DNA from: Geosiphon pyriformis uo1
Taxonomy: Eukaryota > Fungi > Glomeromycota
Direction: 5' to 3'
DNA: 64,000 nt
Assembly: GCA_016748015.1 (NCBI GenBank)
Contig: JAAOMT010000496.1
Location: forward strand, 30,622 to 94,621
Below the pieces are notes generated by a model that saw only the letters and a program-made list of their open reading frames with translations, searched no databases and was not told the origin of the DNA. Positions 34,741 to 48,095 of this stretch are shown here, in pieces. Every line of letters starts with the position of its first letter. Within the stretch, counting starts at the first letter, position 1. Made by a program: the position numbers and the translations under genes.

Positions 34741-37700
34741 AAAAACTTTTTTCTTTTCTACTTCCCAATTTTTTAAAAAATGTTTTTTTGAAAAAGAAGT
34801 TTTTTGTTTTTTATCTTTTCTGTTATATTACTTTCAATATTTTTCAAGTTAGTAATTTTTTTGTGGTGAATTTAAAGACTGCTTTTGATAGTAATATGTT
34901 TAAAAAAAAGGCATTTAAGAGAGCCTTTCATGGTCTTGTTTGTGGTATTTTCTCCCAGAAAAAAAAGATTTCAATAGGCAATATCAAATATTCAGGTGAC
35001 AAAAAAAAAATTTCTTTGACCAAACCTGATTTTAATGATGGAATGTTTTCAGATATAAATAGTGAGTTCAATAAAAAAGATACTATTAGTGTTGTAATAA
35101 GTTCTAATGGTGGTTTTTTTTAGTTTAGTGATGACAACTTCCAAAGCAAAGAAGATTAATACTGGTCTAATTAGTGGCTGTAAAAAAATTTTTTATATTA
35201 GACATTAATCTTTTGACTGTAGAAAAAAAATTGGTAATGACAAAAACTCAACTTGTTAAGAAAATTTTTTCAATTGTCAATGGTTTTGGGAAGGCCATTA
35301 CTCTTTCAAAATTTAAAAGAATTATTTGATCAATATTTACTTTAGAAGAAAGCATGAAAAAAGGTGAATTATTGGCTAAAAATAAGAGTATTGAAGTAAA
35401 CAATAATTTTAAAAGACAAAAAATCAGGTCAGATTAGGCTGTGATGATCAAAAAAATTTCTATAGATATGCCAAAAAAAATAATTGTTATTGCAGTTTCT
35501 CAATTTAGAAATATTAAATCAATCAAAATTCAACTTATTAAAATATGGCAAAAAGCTTTGGTAAAATTTACTGAATTGGGTTAAGCTGAACAATTGACAT
35601 CAAAATGGTTATTCTTAATTGAGAAAAACTCTGTGCATATGATCATAGACATAGATAATTGCAATACTTGAATATCTAAGGATTGTTTTAGAATATTTTT
35701 GTTTACATTATCTGTAAAAACAACAGCTTATAATCTGAGCATTCTATTAGATAGAGCTGATAAGAAAACATGCATCATTAATTATTTACTTAATACTGAC
35801 AACTGGGTTTGCTGTACTGTAATTGGTTTTAATTCTAATAATAAACTGGAATCCACTTTTTACATAGAGCCAATTTTGGATGGTATAAAACTTTTATAGG
35901 GTAAGATAAATTTGGTTTAGTGCATAAAATATGGATGCTTTGGGCATTTAGCTTTTGAGTGTAATACATCAGATGTATTGATTTTGTTTCTCTTTAGACC
36001 TTATAAAAAGATTGTTTCAATAAAAATCTGCCTTTAACTTACCAAATTATATGGAAAAAAAAGTGTTCTAATTTTTTGTTTTACTGTCTTTAGTGGCAAA
36101 TCTTGGGTGCAAGTAGTCTCACTTGTTTTTTTTCTGGTAGTTTTTGTTTTAGTTCTGGTTCTGGCTTTGGTTTTCTTTTTTCTAGTGTCTCTAATAATAA
36201 TAAAAACACATTGGTCATTCAAAATAGTTTCTTAATTGATGATTGTCTGGCTTTCTTGGAACATTTTTTGAAGCTTTTAGTTGATCAAGTATTAAGTATT
36301 GTGAAAAAATTAAACATAATTGATCTAATGTCTCTGGTATTCATTTTTTGACTTTTTTTTTTGCTGTAATTGTATTTTTGAGTTTAAATTCAGATTCAAA
36401 TATGATTCTGAATGTTCTCCAAGTGTTTTTTATATTTTTTTTCTCAGTTTTAATTAATATGACTTTGGCTTTGAATTCAAATAGTTCAAAAATCTTAACC
36501 ACCAAAATGAGCAGTTTAAAGTCAAAATTGTTGGCTCTTGAGGCATTTGTGAGTTCAGTTTTGATAAAGTTGGATCTGTTATATATCAGTTCAAGTTTAT
36601 TAGTATTGACTTCTTCTTAATAAATAAATTTGTTTGGAAGATTATTATATGTAATGTTCAAGAAATAAACAATTTAGCTAAGTAAAAAGATATAATTAAG
36701 TGGTATGTCAAGTTTAGTAATTGGGTTTTTTTTCTTACTAAAACTAAGCTAAAAGATTAGGTTTGATCTTGGATCAAGAATAAGTTTCAAAGTATGAAAG
36801 TTTTTGTTTCTAAATTAAATACTGGATACATAAGTGCTAGGGTGACTATTGTGTTGAATGATTTTTTGGCTTGGCATGTGTACAAGATTTTTGAAATTCT
36901 GGGTTACTTTGTTTTAATTTGTCTATTATTTGAAAATAAAATTTTAGTTACATTAATAGATTTGTATACTGGTGTTTTGACTAATGTGTAGTTTGGTTAG
37001 GCTAATATGGTAAATTTTTTTATTGCTAAAGTAATCAATTTAAGCTTTTATATTATGTTGAATGGTAATTTCAATGAAGATAGAATTAAACATAACACCA
37101 GTTTCAAGAAGTGTTTTGATCTGAGTTTGTGTAATTCTCTTTTTAGTAAAATGGCTTTCAAGCTTTCAATATAGTTTAATTTATAAAATGTGAAAAAATT
37201 ATCAACTATATTTTTGTTAGTAAACATTTTTTCTTCTTTGTGATAATTCAGAGTGTTAAAAGTATGGCTGGATTTTTTGATACTGATTATAAAGCTGTTA
37301 TAGTCTTTTTTGGTCTTAGTAGTTTATTAAATATTCATTTTTTTGTAATTTATAAGCAAGCTAATAGAAACCATTAGAAGTTTAAAGTTAAAAATTCAGA
37401 TAATGCTAAATAATTTTGTTTTTAAAATAGTGTTTTTACTAGTCTGTTTAAGATTTTGGGTAGTTTTAATATTGCAAAAAATTTGAGAAATTTGAACACT
37501 ATGTAAAAGATCTTGAAAAGAATAATGATTAACTTAGTTAACAAAAAATTTTTTAAACAATGGTTTAATAATTTTGAACACACAAAAAAGAAGAAATTCT
37601 TGAAGTTTTATAACCTAAAAATACTAGTTTCAAAGATAACAAAAGCAGGTGATGTATCTGATTATAATTGTCTTATTAAAAAATAGTTAAGTCTGAATAA

Positions 37701-40700
37701 TAAAAAGGCTTTAAAAATTGCTGCTATGGTTTTTGATAGTGAGACATAAGTGAAGTATTAAAACAGCTGTTTTTAATTAGAAAAAGATACAGAAAATCTA
37801 AATATTGTAAATTAAAAATGGCCAAAGATGCAGCTATTAAAAAAGCAATTAAGAAACAGATAAACAATTTTAGTTTAAACAAAGGCAGCATGATAAGAAG
37901 TGTTTTGGAATGATCTTTTCACAAAGTTGTTTTGAATCATTTGTTAATTGAGAATGAGTTGGTTTTAAAGCTAAATAAAGTAAAAAGTAGAGTGGATGGG
38001 ATTATAGTGAATTGAATAAAAGAGTATAAGATATCATTAATGCTTTCTGCTGTATGATCTTGCCAATATGTATCTTTAAGCTATGTTAATAAGAATGTCT
38101 TTTTTGATGTAATAGATATGATCAGTATAAATAAATTGATTCAAGTTGTTAATAATTTGTCTAAAAACAAAGCAGTTGGTTTGTTTGAAATATCAAATAA
38201 ATTGTGGAAGCATTATAGTAAAGTAATATTAAAGTGCTTATTGAGTTTGCTGAATTTTTGTTTGTATTTTAAAGAAGTTTCTGATTTTTAGAAAAAAGCA
38301 TGGATCTTAATAATCTCCAAGTTATATGAATAGAATGGTGTTTTAACAAATATATAATTAAAATAACTAGGAAGATTCTATTAAAAATTTTATCAGATCA
38401 TATTTCCTCTTCTTATATGAAATATAATGTCTTTTATGGTAACAACTTTTCTGTTTTAAAGAATTCTTTGACTTAATCTTTTATGTTTGCTATTGGCTTG
38501 ATAATAAAAAATGCTCTGAAAAAGAGCTGAAAAGTCTGGCTTGTTCTTCAGAATATGTGAAAGACATACAATTTAGTAGAATAGCATTATTTGAAGACTA
38601 GTTTAAGACATATTAGAATATATGACAAATTTATTAAGTTTTTTGAATACATACATAAAAGCAAAGTTAACAGAATAATAACTAATTTTGGTCTTTTAGA
38701 TGGTTATAAAGTGTTGAATAGACTAGATTAAGGTAAAGTGTTCTTACTACTTTTATAGAAAAATTTTTATGATTTTTGTTATGTAAAGTTAAAAGCAAAA
38801 ACATTTGTGTGATTACAGAATTAATACAAACTTTGTGACAAAAACAAACAGATTAAAATCTGGTAAAGACAGATCTTCCTTTTTTACAGCAAATGTTTTT
38901 AATAACACAATTTGAGTAAGAAATAGTTAGGCTTCAATGCAACACATTTTGAATATTGTTAGTAAGTTTTTCAAGATAAATAACATTTCTATTAACAATA
39001 ACAAAACAGTGGCTATTTCTATTAATCAGAAGATCAAAATTGCATCTTTGCATATTTATGGTTAGCTTATTGTTATAACCAAATACAGTAAACATCATCA
39101 ATATTTGAGAATATATTTCTCAATGGAAGATATGTCTAAACTTAGTCTTGCCAAGACACAGTCTGATTTTAAGTTCTTCTTAAATTTAGTTCTTAGAAAG
39201 ACTTTGTCAGATAAGCAATTTTTATATCTGGTTTTGACTGTTTTGTAGCTTATTATTAACTATTGCACACAATTCAGCTTTGTTCTAAAGTGGTATGCCA
39301 AAGATAAAATATTATGATGAGAAAAGGACTAAGGTCAAAAGCCAATTTGCTCAGAGATTTTTTTAATAAGACCTTGTATCATCTATTTCTTTATGGTTTG
39401 AAAACATTTACATAATTACAGGCTGAGAGTAAAATTGCTGTGCTGATGGTGTTTTTTAATTCATTTGGAATTCTTGGAAGATTGTTTGAACATTGTTTTT
39501 TGGACTTGCAAGTTTTGGGGTGGACTCTTATAAATTTTCTATAGCATCTTGTCAAATTAATGATCAATTTTTTAAATAACTTTCTTGTGAGTGCAATAAA
39601 AGTGTTAATGAACAACAAAATTTCCTTGGTTAATAATTTTTTTTGTGCATTCTGTGGTTCTGGCCACTTTGCTATGTTTAAAATTTTGGAAAATTATTTT
39701 TATTTTAGTGTAGTTTACTTTCTAAAGCATTTTGGTGTTGTCTTTAAAGACAGATTATTAAATAAGTATAAAGTATTAATAAAATAGAAGATCTTTTATT
39801 GCTAGAAGAGACTAGATCTTAGGAGCCCAGTTTTATTGTGGTTCAAAAAAGCTTTGATTTTTATAAACAAACTTTCAGTTGTTTCTAATGTATCAGTTTT
39901 TGTTTTAAGTTATTCAGATCTGTTGCATTTTAACATCTTTTTAAATATTCAAAATATTTTACATGAATTGTGAATAAATATTTTCAATGTATACATGAAT
40001 ATATCTTTGAAATACTTAGATATATCAGAGGTTACTGGTAGAGCAGCAGTCTATTTTTTGGATATTAAGATGAGCATAGGCATTAAGGTGCATAGGTTGT
40101 TGTCTTTTATATTTACTAAATTACAAGCAGTTGCCTTGGCTTTGAAGTGTGTTTTTTCTGTTTGCTCTGTGGTTGTGTATTTGAATAGTCAATTAGCATT
40201 AAATGTATATGTCTCGAAATTCATGCTTGATTGTTCAGACTTTTAAAATAAGTGCTAAGTAAAAAGGCATTATATTACAAATTTAATAAGATCTAAGAAT
40301 ATTTCTGTTAAGTAGATAAAAGTCAAGAGATATTTAGGAGTTTCAGATAATAAAAAAGCTAATATTTTAACAAGTGAAGCTGCACATTCTGGTTTGTTTC
40401 TTTTTATAAGAATTTATGAAAAATTTTTTATGGCTAATGGCCAGGTCATATTAGAGAATATTTGCTATTTTGTTTGAGATGTTTATTGGTCTATACATCA
40501 TGCTTAGTGGAAAGCTAGTTCTGATGTTAAGATTGTAAGTAAATCAATAATTGTAAACATTGATTGAATTAACACTGTTGCAGTTTAGCATCCAGATTTG
40601 TACATATTAGTAGAATTTACAAACAAAACTTTTATTACTCTTTGTATTTATTTAATAAAAGCAGTTCATAAGAGACTGCTGACTGCAATAAGAAAAAGAC

Positions 40701-41385
40701 TCTATAATAAGACATATTCAAGTATGTTGTGCCTATTATGTAATAATATTGAACTATTTAATTATATTTTCACTTGTCCAAAAGACTCTGATGTATGTGC
40801 TAGCATTTTATTGAGTTATGTTAAACTTTAGAAATTCTTAACAAATAGTTGTTGTATATTGTTTTCTAGGATGCTATATATGGTTTTTTCTAGAATTTTG
40901 GATGTTGGTGTTTACATGGTTTTGTGTAAAAATTTTGTTTTTAGAAAATGAATGAATCAAATAATTTCTATTTTTAATAATCAGAAAAAAACATTGTTAG
41001 TAATAATTAATTTCATTTGTAATTTAGCTAAGAGACATTGTGAGTTATGATTGTTTAGGGCTAAATTCAGGGTGAAATTGAAAAAAAATAGTCTGGTTAG
41101 AAATATTGGCTTAATTGCTATAGCTTTAAATAAGATGTCAGAATTTCTGTCTATAGAAGTTATTTAGCTGCTCAGTATTTTCAAATCTTTTGCTATTAGT
41201 TTTAGTTTGCATAAGATGTGTGTTTTTTTTTAGGCATTAATAATAATGTTAGAATTTATATAAATATATAGTGTAGTTTTAATTAACCCAAGTAGCTGGT
41301 CACATGTAGCAAGCACATAAGCCATATTTAGTTAAATTTTTTTGTCATATTTTTATATGCTAAATAGTGGTTGGGCCACACTCAT
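34741..41385 (+). mobile_element. LINE copy 3: full-length, heavily mutated; its A-rich tail is displaced to 43683-43702 by the ORF1-only element
   Basis: Same 5' start as copy 2. ORF1 ~34896-36620 and ORF2 ~36620-41271 with endonuclease, RT, RNase H and CLLC finger. 3' UTR 41272-41385. Confidence 0.9.
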
Positions 41386-43673
41386 TTTTTTTTTTATTTG
41401 CTTAACAAGTGCAGTCCAAAAACAATCTAGTACTATACATCAAAGAAATAATTTTAACTAGATGTTAATCATGTGCTTTCTATATGTGACTAGTTACTTG
41501 GACCAATCAAAAACACACTACACTGAAACAATAAGAGGTGGGAATAACCCCAACCCACGAATTTTTTTAATAACACTATTCAGATTCTTAGAATCAAAAA
41601 TAAACCCACTAAGAAATAATCTAGTAGATTCAACACTACTTCTAATCTCAGCACCCAACATCCGCCACAAAGCTATAACACACTCAATAGTGTCCTCACT
41701 TAAGAGAGAAGATTTGACAGCCTGCATATCATCATAATCCATACCACCAAAGTCAACTTCAGATCTAAGACAAGCAATGTCCTTAGACACATCAACCATA
41801 AGATTGGCAAAATTATTAGAAGCATATTTCATAGAAAGGAGATCTTTCTCAATCTGAACAGCTTTAACAGCATTATCATCAAGGAGACAAGATACTAAGA
41901 CAACCAAAGAGCCAACAGGCTCAACAATAGACTTCACCAAAGCAGCCAAATCCGAAATTTGCTTTTCCAAAAAGTCCAATCTGGACCCAACAGCAGGATT
42001 AACAACAGTCACAGAAGGGGTGGAAGCTATCAAAAGAGAAAATTCAGACATAACAGAGGGAGCAAATGCCTTAGCATAAGACAAAAAATCAACAAAATAT
42101 GGTTTGAACACCTTGGGAGTCTTAGGAAAGAGAGATGAAGCAACTTTACAGTCTACAGCCAAGTGACCTGTTTCTTGACACCGAAAACAATGTCAACAAT
42201 TAAAAGTCTCTCACCAGATATGACACTTTCTAAGCATACCAGTTTTGGCAACAACAAAATCCAAATCAGCTTGGGAGCCAAATGTAACAAGAGCAAAATG
42301 AAGACAATGACCAGAATCAGGAGACTGAGAAATGAAACAAGTCTTGCCACTAATCTGAGAAATCATATCACTGATTTCAAAAGCAGTACAGCCAAGAAGA
42401 AGGTTGACCAACTTAGCCTTAAACCCATCACGAGACAAAATAGTCTTATTTTGATTCACTAAGGGAAGAACTCTAACACTATCTTTGCCTATCAACACTA
42501 ACCAATGATTCAAAGCAGACATGACAGAATCCAACTTTTTAAAATGAACTACCACATATTGCCAAATGCCAGTAGGCTTCAGTACAACACGAGTAACCAT
42601 ACCAAAAACACCAAAAGCTGTCTTAATGTCAGCAGCAGACACACCCAAAGGCATATCATGCAGCACAACAGCAGCAGAAGGGGATCCAGACTCAGAAACC
42701 ACCAAAGACTTGGCAAATTTAAGAGTGGCAAGACGAACAGAGCTTGTAAGCTCAACTAAAAATGCAGTATCTAAAAAGGTTTGAGAAGCAAATTTCACAC
42801 AAAAAAGCTTCATATTGTCTTTTAAAACAGACTTAGCACCCAAAAAACCATGTACAGACTGAAAAACAGTCTTAACATGAGCCAACTTGATTTTAAAAAT
42901 AACACCAGGCACCAGAGTGGAGGCCACTTACCCAGCAAACCTTTGACGACTAGTAATAGTTTCCCAAGCACCACCAGAAGTAGCACCAGAAACTAGAGAA
43001 GAAGATGATTCAGTTTCCATTTGATCAGCCCAGTTCTTAAGAACAGATGACCCAACAGGAGGAGATTGTTTTGTTTCTAAAACCAGCAATAATCTGCCAA
43101 AAGACACCACATTTGGCAACACAGCCAGTGGTTGATCCAAGCCCATCTTGGATGATGTGCTGGATAATGCTATGGAAATCTCATCTAAGATCTCATTGGG
43201 AACCACAAAGAAGTTCAGTGTAACAATAGCAGAGGCAAGTGATTGCCTTCACTTTTCTGAACTTTTGGTCTTTTTGACCATTTTTTTGAAGAGGTGGTGC
43301 TAAAAGCACCAGGTGTTGAATTTATAGAGGGGAAGACCAGCTTATTTACTAGTTTATTATTAAAAACTTTTAGGCTTTTAGTTGGGATGGAGACAACACT
43401 GGAACTAATCCAAGTGTGTCTCTTTGAGGGAACTTTGACTGGTAAAAAACCAGCCAAAAATGAGGAAGTTGCTTCAGTGGCTACTAAAGGCAGCTTATCA
43501 CAATTACTAGGTAAGAGAAAGGCTTCTAAAATGTTTTGCCTAGTTGCTTCTACAACAGAGAGAGCTCCTCTGGTTGAAATTTTATTAGATATCTCAGGAC
43601 AGATATTAGGTGCAGCTTTTTTACTTTTTGCTTTAGTTGTGGTCATAAAATTAAGGAGACAAAGAGTTTTTTT
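41386..43673 (-). mobile_element. ORF1-only non-autonomous non-LTR retroposon, copy B (HAL1-like), full-length with poly(A) and 9-bp TSD
   Basis: TSD CACACTCAT at 41377-41385 and 43674-43682; poly(A) 41386-41395; LINE-type 3' UTR 41400-41517; one ORF and no pol. Confidence 0.9.
41518..43646 (-). pseudogene. ~709-codon ORF1-like protein (Ser/Pro-rich N-terminus, RRM-like region, CCHC, coiled coil), a few stops and one frameshift
   Basis: Track fragments 43215-43682, 42928-43206, 42211-42927 and 41518-42162 join into one reading. Knuckle CFRCQETGHLAVDC. Segments WLVLIGKDSVRV, SRDGFKAKL and GKTCFI align with LINE ORF1 (SFMIVKDFMHV, SKDQFRALL, GKTCII). Confidence 0.85.
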
Positions 43674-43984
43674 CACACTCATAAAAAATTATTAAAAAAA
43701 AATAATTATTGCTTTAATTGTTTTTATAATATTATAAAAATTAATATATAGTCTAATTATTAATTAAGTATTTTTATAATTTTTGTTTAATAATAATATT
43801 AAATTATTTTAGCTTAATATTCAGTTTAAATAATCTATTCATTATTAAATTTGTGACTTAAATATAATTGGTTTTTAATTAATTAATTTAAAATTTTATG
43901 TTAATATAACTGCTATTTAAAGATTAACTAAATTTAATAAATATATTATTAAAAAAATACTAATATTTTTTTATTATTATAATT

Positions 43985-45398
43985 TTATGAATAAAATCTA
44001 AACACTACTTAACACAATACATCAAATTAAGTAATCTAAATTAGACATAAATTATGCATTTTCTATATATAACCAGTTATTTGGGCCAATCAAAGATACA
44101 GTATATATCTATTTTAGCAGAAATTACATAATTAACACCAAAAAAAAAGTAAATAGCTTAAATAAACCAAAACTAATATTATGTGTTTTTGTAAATTCAA
44201 GCAACTTAACAATATTGTCAAAGAGCAAAGATAACAAATTATAAACTATTGAAAACACAGAACTATTAAGTATAATTAGATTATTTTTTTTCATAATTGT
44301 TCTATATTTAAATTTTATTAATTATATATTAACACAATAAACCATCCTCAAATCTTATATAAAGTTAATAATTTTCTTACTTTCAATTTTGGCACAATCA
44401 AAAACAGATACAGTTTCCAAAAACCAATCTTTAAATACAAAATAATATAAACAATATCATTAAATATACACAAAAAAAACATTTACAAGATACAAAATAA
44501 CAATAAATTTAATTCTAATATAAAACTTTAATGGGCCAAACATAACTTAAATAATTTTTTGCAAACAACAGATTCCATTTTACATGTAAAAAAGTGATTA
44601 AAAATTTTTACACCTCTATAATAGAGACATAATACACTAAGATATTTTTTATTATATAAGCACTTATAAACAACAACAGACAAGTAATTATATATAGTTT
44701 TCATAAAATACAAATATAAATCAACAATGAATTAAAACTATATACAAGTCAGAATGCTAAATTAATAATATTAGAACTTAATCTATATCTTCAATTATGT
44801 TTTTATTAACAATATTAGACCCAGATCCAATTTTTTAGCAAATATAATTAACAGTTTTAAAAACATTATAAGCAAAATAACAAATATTTTCAAATATTGT
44901 TATTCTATTAGCTTTGATATATCTTTTTTTAATAAGAATAGAAAACACCACATTTGAACACAAAGTTATATTAGCTAACTATTAGTGTACTTATTATTCA
45001 AGACACCTAAATGACTTTTAATTTTAAACCAAAAAACATTAAAATTTTTATTTCTAATAGAATTTGCAATATAATGCCTTTTAAGCCAGCACTAATTAAA
45101 AAAGTTTGACAAAACCATATTTAATTTTGCAGCACAAACATCTAAAGCAGCTTGGCTATTTAAGTACAATATAGAAACAAAAACACATTCCAAAGCCAGA
45201 GCAATTATTTGTAATTTTGCCAATATAAAAAAGATCAAACTATTAATCTCAATGTCTATATTCAAATTCAGATTAGCAAAAAATACAGTAATATTATATT
45301 TTATGTTATATATACCCAAATTTCTTAAAAATTTATTGTATAAACATTAATAACATCCAAATTAGCATCAAAAAAACATTGTCTGATTGTAGAAAAAT
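43985..45398 (-). mobile_element. LINE copy 4: 3' fragment (RNase H, CCHC, 3' UTR), heavily decayed
   Basis: ORFs 45092-45319 (AKLQIIALALEC...LNSQAALD) and 44528-44713; conserved 3' UTR at ~43990-44105. Confidence 0.85.
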
Positions 45399-48095
45399 TG
45401 GTCTTCTTTGGACCTTTTATAGTATTCTATTAGGTTGTAAGTTAGTCTTGTGAATAATTTTTTGGCAGATGTGATGAAATTTTTTTTAGAGAATAAGCTA
45501 TTTTTGATAAACAATTTGTTCAGTGCTTTTTGTAAATCTGGCCAGTTTTCAATGTCTGGTATTTTGGGTTATTCTTTGTATTACAATTTTGTTCTTTCTT
45601 TAAAGCAATTTGATGTTGTTTTTGATGATAAAATTTTGGACAAAAAAAAGAGAGTGATAGATTGGAAAACATTTTGACAGTAGAAAAAATTGGATCCAAG
45701 AGGCTCTGTACTTTACTGGTTTACTCTGGCAGCTGGGTTTATGAGTAAACATATGTTTTTGGAGATTGAGTTTATTAATATTCTTAAATTACCAGTGTTA
45801 AGTATCTTGAATTTTGTGTTGTTCTCTGATGTTTGTGGTAGTCTAGTAGAGATTTGGTCTAATTGTATTAAGGTTTACAAAATAGGTCTTTAAAGGGTGC
45901 TAGTTCTGTTAAAGTGGTATTACAGTTGATTATTTGGGGTCTCAAATCAAATAACAAATCTGTAATGTAGTGCTTAATTGATGTATTGATGTTAGTAATT
46001 TCTGAAGGTGTGTTTTCTAAAGGTTTTGGTTGAGTCTTTTGTATAATAGACAGAGATTCAATTGATAGTTTTATCCATAGCTTCTCAAAATTACAGTTTT
46101 ATCAATTTTTTTTTCAGCATGATGGCCAGTAATCCTCTTGATAAGATATTCTTAATTCCAAGTATCCACTTTTATTTCTGGGTCTTTTACCAGTGCTATA
46201 TCCTGATATCATTATCTCCACATATAAATCTTTTTAATCAAATTAACAAACAACAAGAAAATAAAACAAGAAAAAAAATAAAAAAAATAAAAAAATAAGC
46301 CAAGGCAATTTGCACATTAGTATTCCATCAATAACCATGATCAAGAGCTATTGTTCTAATGTGGTTAAGTATTAATTACTATTAACATAAAGTGTTAATA
46401 GTAAAGAGTGGATTTGAGATAATAAATAATTATTTATTAATATTTGTAATGTAGAAAGTTGCTTAGATCAAATCTAAACTGAGAGATCTGTCTTTTCTGC
46501 TTTTAATGCTATTGCTATATATACTTAATTTATGTTCTATAAAATTGCTCACATTCTGGAGCAATGTGCTATAATTTCTTAAACAATGCTCACATTGCTG
46601 AGCAATGTAACCTAATTTTCTAATATCGCTCCACATTGTTAAGCAATGTGCCATAATTTTTGATATTGCTTCATATTGCTGAACAATGTGCTTACATACA
46701 AACTACTACTTCCTTATTGGTCTACTATTTTCTATATCAGTTTTCTTTTTATGAGTAACAGTGACTAGTAGTACAGCTGCCTATTTTCCAGCTACAAACA
46801 TAGATATTGGGATTAGAGTACAAAGACTTTTGTCTTTTACTTTGGCTGAGTTGTAGGTCATTGCTTTGGCCTTGGAATGTGTTTCATCTTCTTGCACTGT
46901 GGTTTTGTATTTGGACAGCCAATCTGTAATTGATGTTTATGTGTCAGAGTCTTTTTTTGCCATGTCTGACTTCTACAATCATTGCTGGATTGAGAGATTA
47001 CATATTGTCAATCTTATTAAAAATAAAGACATCTTAGTTAAGTGGGTGAAAGTTGAAGAACATTCAGGAATTCCAGACAATATTAGGACTGATGAATTGG
47101 TATATAAAATCACTGTTTCTTTGCTTTTTTTACCAGTTGAGATTCAAAAACAGTTTTTGGTTGCTAAAAATACAGCTGTGTTTGGTAATGTTCATCATTT
47201 TGTGTATGATATTTATTGGTCAATTTGCTGTGCTTGTTGGAAAATTGGTCCTAGTTATGATATTGTTTCAAATGTCATAATTAAAGAGATAAATTGAACT
47301 ACTGCCACAAATATTTAGCATCCTAATCCACACATATTATTTGAAATTACTAGTAGAAGCTTGGCAAATATATACACTTATTTAATGAAAGTAGTACATA
47401 GACAGTTGTCAATAGCAGTTAAGGAGAGATTGTATAACAAAAGTTATTCTGGAGTGCTATGCTTGCTATGTAGTAACATAGAGTTATTTGACTATGGTTT
47501 TGCTTGTTCTGATAATATGAGGCTCCATAAAAATGTTTTAAATAAAGCTGCTAAAAGATGAATGTTATTAACAGATCTCTTTTGCTTGCCTATATCTGCC
47601 ATTTTGTGGTTATATACTACTATATGCAAGAGTTTTGTATTAAAAGATTAGTATGCCAAGACTGCTCTGGTCTTTAAAAAAAAGAGGAAGGCCACTTTGG
47701 CTTTTGTTGAATATGTTAAGTCTGTGGTTAAATTGCATTGTATTATGATGTAACTTATTAAGTTCAGACATAGAATAGATATAGAAAAAGCTAGTTTGAT
47801 TAAAAATAATGATGTGGTTTTAAGCTTGTCTCATTGCTTAATATCTTTGTTGTTAGATAAAATGGTTTGTATGCTTGGTGTTTTAGAATCTTTTACTGTC
47901 AATTTTGGTAGATGCAAACTGTGTTGTTTTTTTTTGGTTTAGACAATAATGCTTTTGTTAGTATAGGCACATAGTGTTGCTTTGTCTGGTCCAAGTGACT
48001 GGTTACATATAGTAAATGTATGAGCTGCATTTAGTGTGTTTTACTTAGTTTGGTTCTATATACTAGATAGCAGTTGAACTTTATTTATAAATTGC
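45399..48095 (+). mobile_element. LINE copy 5: 3' fragment (tether, RNase H, CCHC, 3' UTR) interrupted by a solo LTR
   Basis: ALECV...YLDSQ...WVKVEEHSGIPDNIRTD; CLLCSNIE; stop 47972-47974 then the conserved 3' UTR. Confidence 0.88.
45918..46760 (-). mobile_element. Solo LTR of Gypsy family A with 4-bp TSD
   Basis: Colinear with 1657-2512; ends TATTACAG...GAGTAACA; flanks GTGG/GTGA. Excision restores the LINE RNase H frame (SVKVASSTAAYFP). Confidence 0.92.

Noticed and set aside
41272-41385. 3' UTR as a group II intron domain V or hammerhead ribozyme (AGCC...GGTT, GAAA)
   Set aside because: Stem lengths, bulge and loop do not fit domain V, and there is no CUGANGA core. Kept only as a structured tail.
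46550-46690. CRISPR-like look of palindromic repeats with spacers
   Set aside because: The spacers resemble each other, the array is inside an LTR and repeated in the other LTR, there are no cas genes, and the context is eukaryotic.
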